Origin: Octopus vulgaris
Taxonomy: Eukaryota
Length of the DNA stretch: 64,000 nucleotides
Reading direction: 5' to 3'
Assembly: GCA_951406725.2 (NCBI GenBank)
Contig: OX597824.1
Location: 15,190,001-15,254,000, forward strand
Part shown: piece after piece, positions 53,910-64,000 of the stretch
Layout: every line of letters starts with the position of its first letter
Numbering within the stretch: position 1 is the stretch's first letter
Notes under the pieces: generated by a model
Database searches by the model: none
Told to the model about the DNA's origin: nothing
The model's input: the letters and a program-made list of their open reading frames with translations, nothing else
Program-made: the position numbers and the translations under genes

Positions 53910-55108
53910 GTGACGTTCCATAATGTTACTGCTGTTTAGCACTAATTCTAGTCGCTCGCATCTTCCGAATTACATCATGGCGCAGTTCACTCTGCCAGGA
54001 ATTTGGAAACGACATGCTGTAACGTTCGATATTTCAGAGTGTTTGGGTGTCAATCTGTTGACAGTGCAGAGGATTCGGAAAGAGTTAGGTGAGTCTAATG
54101 GTGACTACAAAGGTACGGCAACTCGGAAAACACACTCTGATCGTTGTGATAAGTAAATAACTGAATTTTTTGGTGAGATCCAGGCCATGATTGACAAAAA
54201 TTCCTCCAAGTCAATCAGATCCATCGCCAGGGACATTGGCGTGTTTGAATCACTTATCAATCAGACAGGTAGAGTATGAAGACATTTGGTATCCCTCATA
54301 CATGTTGAGAAAGGGCCAAGTTTTATACCAAGCCACCAAAGACAAGAGGCAAGACCGCACAACGAAGCTTTTGAACAAACTCAAACATTCCCTCCAACCG
54401 AACATGCTTTGGTTTTTCTCAGACGAGAAAAATTTCTGCCAGGATCAGATGGTGAACACACAGAACAATCGTTGGCTTGCCGTGTCCCCAAAACATGCAC
54501 TGAGAGTGATAAAAATCAAACATCCAGTCAACATCATGGTGTTTAGAGTAATCACTAGCGATGGCGACATTATGCCTCCATTTATCTTCACACACGGCCT
54601 CCGACTCAACACGGAGGACTACATCAAGTGCCTGGAGGAGATAATGCTGCCCTGGGTCAAGAGGATAGCTGCTGTCTGGCAACAGGATTCTGCACCATGC
54701 CACGCAAGCAGAGGAACTCAGTCATAGCTGTCAGACAATTTCTGCGACCACATCACCCCTAACATCTGGCCACCAAACTCCCCACACTGCAACCCCTTTG
54801 ATTATTATGTGTAGGGCACAGTTGAGCGAAAGACTAGCAAAACTCCTTGTAACACCAAAGATGAACTGAAGGCAAGGATTATGGCAGCATTCACAAACTT
54901 AAACAAGGAGACCGTCCAGAAGAGTTGCAGGAGATTCTGAAATCGCCTGCAGGCCGTGGTTGGAGACAATGGTGATTTTATTGAATAAATTTACTCTTCT
55001 GTATTTCAAGATATTTTCATGTAATTTCGGTAAAATATATCTGTTAAAATGAGATGTCAGTGTTATTTCCGTTTTTGCGTAATTTAGATGACAATTTATT
55101 CACTGCAG

Positions 55109-55112
<4 letters not shown>
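53910..55112 (+). mobile_element. Decayed DD37D (maT/Bmmar1-like) transposon; transposase pseudogene about 53977-54988
   Basis: WFFSDEKNF..KHPVNIMVF..VWQQDSAPCH..WPPNSPHCNPFDY with 37 residues between the 2nd and 3rd D. In-frame stops present. The right end is followed by TA. Confidence 0.92.
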
Positions 55113-55204
<92 letters not shown>

Positions 55205-55399
55205 AGTGTGTGTGCGTGTGTGTATGTGTTTGTGTGTATATATATATGTACACACACACACGCACACACCTACACGCACACACCTACACGCATACACCTA
55301 CACGCACACACCTACACGCGCACACCTACACGCACACTTACATACACAAACATAAACACACACACACATATGCGAATATATATAAGTATTTATTTATTT

Positions 55400-55588
55400 A
55401 TTTGTGTGCCTGTGTTTGTCCCCACACCATCGCTTGACAACCGGTGGTGGTGTGTTTACGTCCCCGTAACTTAACAGTTTGGCAAGAGAGACTGATAGGA
55501 TAAGTCCTTGGATCGACTTGTTCTATTAAAAGCGGTGCTCCAGCATGGCTGTAGTCAAATGACTGAAACAAATAAAAGAATAAAAGAA
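55400..55588 (+). mobile_element. SINE family A, 3' half
   Basis: CATCGCTTGACAACC through GACTGAAACAAATAAAAG. Confidence 0.8.
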
Positions 55589-55592
55589 TACA

Positions 55593-55659
<67 letters not shown>

Positions 55660-55744
55660 ATATATAGGAGTATGTATCTGTGTATACATTATAAAAGCAT
55701 TTAACAGAAAGCCTACGTTATGTATGTATGTATATAAATGATTG

Positions 55745-55796
<52 letters not shown>

Positions 55797-56064
55797 ATTA
55801 CATATGTTTTGATTGGCGGTATTTATGAGTTCCATGTCTCGTGAGTCGACACGTGTATATATGACTGCTTATAATAGCATACATGCGTGTGTATATGTGT
55901 CTTTGTGAGAGCATGTGTTCCTTGTGAGCATGTGTCCGTGTGAGAGCGTGAACGTGTATATGTGTTTGCTTCAGAGTGTAAGCTTGTCTATACACGTCCA
56001 TGTAAATTAGAGGATAAGTCTGTGTATTGTATGTGTATATGCGTATGTCGACTTTCGTTAGTAT

Positions 56065-56108
<44 letters not shown>

Positions 56109-56597
56109 CGCATTTGTATCAATGAACGGTCAAAGCGTTTATTTGCACAGGATCTTTTATCTGAACAGCTCACGCGACCGATGGGAAGAAGAGATGTTGA
56201 TGATAATGATGATGGGAGGGGGGTGATGAGACGACGGGGGTGGGTAGGGAGAAAGACAGAAAGGGAGAGAGAAAGAGTAAGAGAGAGAGAGAGAGAAAGT
56301 AAAAGTAGAGAAGCGGGAAGACAAGGTGATAGAGAAAGTTGTATTAGAAAGACGAGAGAGAGAGAGAGAGAGAGAGAGGGTGAGAGAGATAGAGAGAGCG
56401 TGTGTATGTGTGTGAAAAGGAGAGGGAGAGAGAAAGAGAGAGAGGGTGTGTATAATATATCTCTATGCATACATACACACACACACACACACATATATAT
56501 ATGTATATATACATATGTATATATATATGTATGTACATATGTATATATATGTATATATATATATATATGAATATATATATATATATATACATATTAT

Positions 56598-56628
<31 letters not shown>

Positions 56629-56641
56629 AACACACACACAC

Positions 56642-56866
<225 letters not shown>

Positions 56867-57318
56867 GGAAGAGGGTATAGTAATAGGGAGTCGAACACTG
56901 CTGATGATGACTTGACAACTTGCTTCAGTTGTGAAACGGAAGTGATAATTGTGCCGTTTCCTTTTCTTGTCGTCTCGCGATTTTATTGTAATCGCTGCGG
57001 TTGTTGTTACCGTTGTTGTAGTTGTTGTTGTTATGGTCGTTGTTGTTGATAATGATGAGGATTTAGCCTTGTCGTTGTTTGTTATTGTTGTCGTTATTAC
57101 TCTCAATAATAATAATGTTGCTCGTTATTTTTGTTACTGTTTTATTGTTGTAGGAAAAAAATTTTTTTTATATACTTTTGTCAATATTTTTCATTTTATT
57201 TTTACTCATCTCGTTTTCGCCTTTACAACACAGCACCACTCACACACAACATACACATGTATAAACATACACACATACGCACACTCGTGTATACATTCAT
57301 ACACAGATATACATATTC

Positions 57319-57349
<31 letters not shown>

Positions 57350-57405
57350 TAATATATATAAAATATACGTATATATATATATATATATATATATACATTT
57401 ACATG

Positions 57406-57468
<63 letters not shown>

Positions 57469-58648
57469 ATTTACACGCTCTCACACACACATAAATATAC
57501 ATAGGCATATATACGTATACAGACATACATATATACATACATACATACGTACGTATATGTACATCCATTTTGAGCCTCAGTTCGCCATTCTATTCACCTG
57601 ACATTTCCCGCCAATAATCCTTAATCTATTTTCAAGCCCTACACCAACACTTCCGGTTCCTGCGAGGGACAACCTTCACCACAAGAGGCTGTCTCTTGCA
57701 AGAGGCCAACGTTTATCTTTCTTGCCTCTCTTATTTCTGTCCTGCCGTCCCCTTCTGCATCGCCATCACGACAAATGTCAATCTTTCTGCCTAACGCCTT
57801 CGTCTTTCCCGCGCTGACCAACGTTAACCTTCGTCCCGCCACCCACCTTTATTCATTGTCACCTCACTCCACTACCCGGAATCCCTCCCCACATCTTCTC
57901 TCTCTCTCTTTCTCTCTCTGTTTCCTCGTCTCTCCTGTTTCCTTATCCAACACCACAGTGATTCTAGAAAATAATATTTGGTTAGTGGCGGTCGTTAATG
58001 AAGGCAAATTGCTGCTTTGTAGTAACTGGGGAGAGGAAATGGTAGCGCAGAGTAGGTTGATGGTTGGGGAGGTGTTTGTAGGGCAGGGGCTATAGATGGG
58101 TGGGCAAAGGTGGGTAGGAATGAGGGATGGAGATGATGGGTGGGAAACGCCGAAACAGAGAGAGAGAGAGGAGTGTTGGGAAGATGGAGAGGTTGTAATA
58201 AATGTAGGGGAGGACAAACTTTATGGAGATGAGGTACGTGGGAGAAGAAGAGGGAACATACGTAAGACGAAAACCAGGGAAGAGGATAGAAAAGAAAAGG
58301 GAGAGAGAGAAGAGGGAGGAGGAAATAGAAGTATCAATAAGGAAAGAGAAATACAGAGTGGTGGTGGTGGTGGTCATGGCGGGGGAGACAGATGAGGTAA
58401 TGAGGCGAGAGACATCGACAACAAAAGGGAACATTAGAAAAATAAATATAAGAATACAATGGATACAAAATGGAAATATAAACTTTGAGGAGAATAACGA
58501 CATGAAGAAATGGTAAATGATGGCGGCTGGAAGAGGACGGGTGGGAGGTGATATATAAGAGATAAAACAAACAAATGATTGAAATGGTATAATAAAAACA
58601 AAAACCATAAGAATAAACGCTAAAGTAAAAGAGGAAATTAAAAGGAGG

Positions 58649-58704
<56 letters not shown>

Positions 58705-59014
58705 ATGTATATATATATATAAAGACGTTAGAGAGAAAGTTTACGGAAATGTCCGGAATATTGCGGAAAAAGGGAGGGAGGGCAGGATTGAGGCGTTAAA
58801 CGTTTGATTGATATTTTGTTGGGAAAGTCAAGGGTGTGACGACATTGTAGAGAAATTTTACGGGAAAATCCAGAACATGGCGGCCGTTTAAGTGAGCAGA
58901 CGAGAGATGTAAAGTGAGTGGTGTGATTCAGAATTAGATAATATTGGTTTTTAATTTTTAAGGTGGCAAGCTGGCAGAACCATTAGCACTCCAGCCAAAA
59001 AGCTTAGCACCCCC

Positions 59015-59507
59015 AATATTGGTTTTAAATTTTGCAACAAGGATAGAAATTTTATGGGAAGGGGTAAGTCGATTACGTTGATCCGAGTGTTCAACGGGTA
59101 CTTATTCCATTTATCCACAAAAGAATGAAAAGCAAAGTCGTCCTCGGCGGCATTTGAACTCAGAACGTAGCGGCAGACGAAATACCTATTTCTTTACTAC
59201 CCACAAGGGGCTACACACAGAGAGGACAAACAAGGACAGACAAACGGATTAAGTCGATTACATTGACCCCAGTGCGTAACTGGTACTTATTTAATCGACC
59301 CCGAAAGGATGAAAGGCAAAGTCGACCTCGGCGGAATTTGAACTCAGAACGTAGCGGCAGACGAAATACCCATTTCTTTACTACCAACAAGGGGCTAAAC
59401 ACAGAGAGGACAAACAAGGACAGACAAACGGATTAAGTCGATTACATTGACCCCAGTGCGTAACTGGTACTTATTTAATCGACCCCGAAAGGATGAAAGG
59501 CAAAGCG
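59015..59507 (-). mobile_element. SINE-B array: two tail-1 units in front of an old diverged unit
   Basis: Junctions GAAATACC|TATTTC near 59186 and 59370. The 3'-most unit (59015-59185) is heavily diverged and has a different tail. Confidence 0.85.
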
Positions 59508-59758
59508 ACAAATGTTGGGGAGGGAAAAAAACGGTGATTTTAACTCACAGCAATCAATTATTAAACGTTCATAATTGGAATGAATAAATAAAATCGAACA
59601 TTAAGTATTTATGGAATTTTGATTTACTGTCGAGTGACTTTTGGCCAAACTTGTTCCGTTGATCGGATCAACCGGAACCAATGTAAAAACAAGAGGGAAA
59701 AGTCACTTGTTACATCGGGTACGGGACTCGAAAGCCCTCTCAGCTACAAACCATCGAT

Positions 59759-60138
59759 GGAAGCACTCTGTCGGTTACGACAACGAGGGTTCCGGTTGAT
59801 CCGATCAACGGAACAGCCTGCTCGTGTAATTAACGTGTAAGTGGCTGAGCACTCCACAGACACGTGCACCCTTAACGTAGTTCTCGGGGATATTCAGCGT
59901 GACACAGAGAGTGACAAGGCCGGCCCTTTGAAATACAGATACAACAGAAACAGGAAGTAAGAGTGAGAGAAAGTTGTGGTGAAAGAGTACAGCAGGGATC
60001 ACCACCATCCCTGCCGGAGACTCGTGGAGCTTTAGGTGTTTTCGCTCAATAAACACTCACAACGCCCGGTCTGGGAATCGAAACCGCGATCCTACGACCG
60101 CGAGTCCGCTACCCTAACCACTGGGCCATTGCGCCTGC
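59759..60138 (-). mobile_element. SINE family C, full length (tRNA-Arg-like head; possibly an OR-type octopus SINE)
   Basis: A box TGGCCCAGTGG, B box GGTTTCGATTCC, TSD CTACAAACCAT at 59744-54 and 60142-52. Confidence 0.9.
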
Positions 60139-60779
60139 ACACTACAAACCATATAGTAACGCACAATGTGTACTGAAAACAAAGTGTTTCAGTATAAAAG
60201 TAGAGTAAATTTTCTTTGTTATTTAAAAAAATTTTTTTAAAAGATTTTTAAGATTTCTAGCTCTAAGTCAAATTTGATTGCATAAAACTGGTCAAAGGTA
60301 CACCAGCAACGAACTTCTCTCCTTTTAAGGAGTAGCTACGGCTACATTATTATCTAATCAGTGCTACTTTGATTAAGACAATAACGTTTATTTGCGGGTG
60401 TTTCGGTTACTATTTCTAGCAGATCTAGTATCCATGTAGAGGATTCCCGCGCTGGATGGATTTCAGCAATAATTTTCTTAGGGAAAGAGGAAGACATCAC
60501 CTATGATGTCATAAATAAAAAAATTCTCAGAGAGAAGAAACATCTTAATTTTATGATTGTCATAAATACAGCTGTTCATGGAGTGAGTGACGTGATATAA
60601 CGTGTTCTGTTGCAAAATATATGACATACCTGTATCAGCTGTATCTATGATACAACTAATATATAAGCTGTGGGTATATCAGCTTATATCTAAGGTATAA
60701 CTGAGATATATCTAATTTGGAATATATGCAGTGATGTGTGTTAACGTTCGTGCGTGTTTATGGTACACACACACATATA

Positions 60780-60846
<67 letters not shown>

Positions 60847-60967
60847 ATCAGTGTGTGTACACACAGACACAAACACACACACACACACACACACGTATAT
60901 GTATATCTACAAATGCACGCATATATACATATATATGTATATATATATGTGTATATATATAGATATG

Positions 60968-61048
<81 letters not shown>

Positions 61049-61234
61049 TTATATATATATATGTATGTATATATATAGGGGATGCTTTGTATATGCTAAT
61101 GAAAGTAAGAATTTGATTTAAAAGTCCAATTGTATAGGAGTATGTATACATATCTCTGTGAATGTGTGGGCGTGTGAATAGTACATACATACGTATACAC
61201 AAACACACATACACGCACACACACGCATATATAC

Positions 61235-61452
61235 ACGAGAGGGTGTTGAAAAGTTACCCACTGAAGGGTGTCGCGAAAGACCTGGCTGGAGGTCCAAACT
61301 TTCGAGTCCTTCTAAAGGGCTTAGAAAAACTGAAGGAACACAGCAATGAGCGTGTGAATCTGACAGAGCAATATGTTGGATAAAATCATAATTAGCTGAT
61401 CCTCTTGTATTTTTTTTTACCTAAAACCAGGAAATTTTCAACACATCCTCCT
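61235..61452 (+). mobile_element. Old mariner-derived MITE
   Basis: Imperfect TIRs GAG..GGTGTTGAAAAGTT / AATTTTCAACACATCCTC. Residual C-terminus LKGLEKLKEH..VNL...YVG*. Confidence 0.65.
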
Positions 61453-61752
61453 ACACACACTCACACACACGAGGGCGCGCGCACACACTCTCACACTTTT
61501 AGTTGAAACTAATCAGAAAGTATCTACTTTCCGTATGACATCAATTATTCAACAGCCTGGTGTTACATTTCTAAAGACATTTGTCACGTGACATGCTTGT
61601 CGGCCATTGTGGGGTTGATTACTCTTGTGGCATGAAACGATACCTATGGCGTACGAGCTTCAGAACCATATCTATACGAATACGCATATATTTAGTTATA
61701 TATGGCGACCTCAGGATCCTCGTCACTCAGTCGCGCGTCACTTTACCTTATG

Positions 61753-62133
61753 GGAAGCACTCCGTCAGTTACGACGACGAGGGTGCCGGTTGATCCGTAT
61801 CAACGGAACAGCCTGCTCGTGAAATTAACGTGTAAGTGGCTGAGCACTCCACAGATACGTGTACCCTTAACGTAGTTCTCGGTGATATTCAGCGTGACAC
61901 AGAGAGTGACAAGGCCGGCCTTTTGAAATACAGGTACAACAGAAACAGGAAGCATGAGTGAGAGAAAGTTGTGGTGAAAGAGTACAGCAGGGATCACCAC
62001 CATCCCTGCCGGAGCCTCGTGGGGCTTTAGGTGTTTTCGCTCAATAAACACTCACAACGCCCGGTCTGGGAATCGAAACCGCGATCCTCCGACCGCGAGT
62101 CCGCTACCATAACCTCTGGGCCATTGCGCCTCC
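61753..62133 (-). mobile_element. SINE family C, full length
   Basis: TSD CACTTTACCTTAT at 61739-51 and 62135-47. Confidence 0.92.
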
Positions 62134-62181
62134 ACACTTTACCTTATATATCAATCATATATATATATATATATATATATG

Positions 62182-62242
<61 letters not shown>

Positions 62243-62247
62243 AAGGA

Positions 62248-62296
62248 GCTTCTACAGGACTAGTACTGTTTCATTCAAGAGAAATCTTCAGGAAGC
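62248..62296 (-). ncRNA. Type-I hammerhead ribozyme motif, structurally complete; inverted twin at 62295-62342 (+)
   Basis: GCUUC-CUGAAGA-U-UUC-UCUU-GAA-U-GAAACAG-UACUAGUC-CUGUA-GAAGC: stem I 5 bp, stem II 3 bp, stem III ACAG/CUGU, GUA triplet. Confidence 0.8.
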
Positions 62297-62424
62297 TCCT
62301 GAAGATTTCTCTTGAATGAAACAGTACTAGTCCTGTAAAGTCCTTCTATATAATAAATTAATTTTACTCTGCTATGTATTGAGTACCTTACTTACTGTGG
62401 TTAACCCCGAATCAACCCGGGACC

Positions 62425-62522
<98 letters not shown>

Positions 62523-62575
62523 ATAAACCCCTACACCCGGATATGTCTCTGTAAACAATAACTCTCTACTTGAGT

Positions 62576-62668
62576 GGGCCATAGTGCCCAAATTCTGACT
62601 TGAAAGACTTCACCAGGTGGTGCTATTAAGTTAGACATGGCCTGGGCCAATAATGGCCGAAACCTATC
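62576..62668 (+). ncRNA. Candidate HDV-like ribozyme within a 160-bp element (62521-62681) in (TA)n
   Basis: P1 GGGCCAU/AUGGCCU (G-U at the cleavage site), P2 GGUGGU/ACC(U)AUC, P3 GCU/AG(A)C, 8-nt L3, GG, P4 GCCA-AUAA-UGGC, J4/2 CGAA. Confidence 0.6.
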
Positions 62669-62679
62669 AAAGTATCAAA

Positions 62680-63338
<659 letters not shown>

Positions 63339-63361
63339 ATACATACATATATATATATATG

Positions 63362-63407
<46 letters not shown>

Positions 63408-64000
63408 CACGTGTGTGTGTGTGTGTAAGGTGATTATACTGACAGTGCTCCAGCACAGCCTCAATCTCTGGATTGAAACGTAGAAAAGAAGAAACGCACA
63501 CACACACACATACACACAGACACACACACGCACACAGGTACATACACTCGCACACACATACATACACTCGCACGCACACATATTCACATACATACACATA
63601 TATGCATAGATATACGCTCACACATATCTACTAATATTCATGTATCTATGTTTTCACGTGTTTTGTATGTATGTATGTATGTGTAAATATGTATGTAGTT
63701 ATGTATGTATGTATGTGTGTATGTATGTATGTATGTATGTGTGTATGTATGTATGTGTAAATATGTATGTAGTTATGTATGTAGTTATGTATGTATGTGT
63801 GTATTTATATATGTATGTGTGTATGTATGTGTGTATGTGTGTATGTGTGTGTGTGTGTATGTATGTGTATGTATGTATGTATGTATGTATGTATGTATGT
63901 ATAAATGTATGAATGTATGTATGTATGTATGTATGTATGAATGTATATATGTGTGTGTGTGTATGTATGTATGGGTGTGTGTGTATGTATGTGTGTATGT

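Noticed and set aside
54191-54727. Intact transposase CDS
   Set aside because: Frameshifted upstream, with in-frame stops before and after the third catalytic residue.
57639-57842. RTE apurinic-endonuclease N-terminus (RKINVGLLQET)
   Set aside because: Only one short motif resembles it, with no collinear downstream motifs.
60060-60138. tRNA genes (also SINE-A, -B and -D heads)
   Set aside because: A/B boxes are present, but there is no complete acceptor stem and each continues into a SINE body, some with TSDs.

Overview
AT-rich animal intergenic/intronic DNA, saturated with microsatellites and transposon debris. The repeat content is typical of an octopus genome; this is my inference, not a database result. 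I find no credible host protein-coding gene, and almost all ORFs in the track are translations of (TA)n, (CA)n, (TATG)n or (AAT)n repeats. Recognisable content: four tRNA-derived SINE families (here A-D, about 40 copies or fragments); decayed Tc1/mariner elements (DD34E Tc1, DD37D maT, rosa-like, two 566-bp internally deleted mariners); hAT and Helitron non-autonomous elements; and fossil RTE, HERO-like and R4/Dong-like LINE fragments. There are also many Penelope-like (PLE) end fragments inside (TA)n, several as foldbacks and several with hammerhead ribozyme motifs. Most notable: (1) a SINE-B subfamily whose 184-bp body is repeatedly added at one fixed site, the loop of the hairpin in the tRNA-like head of other SINE-B copies, including older diverged ones; (2) an HDV-like ribozyme fold in a 160-bp element inside (TA)n, next to a back-to-back hammerhead pair; (3) a mariner derivative flanked by a 108-bp direct duplication. 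Coordinates were read by eye and may be off by a few bases.
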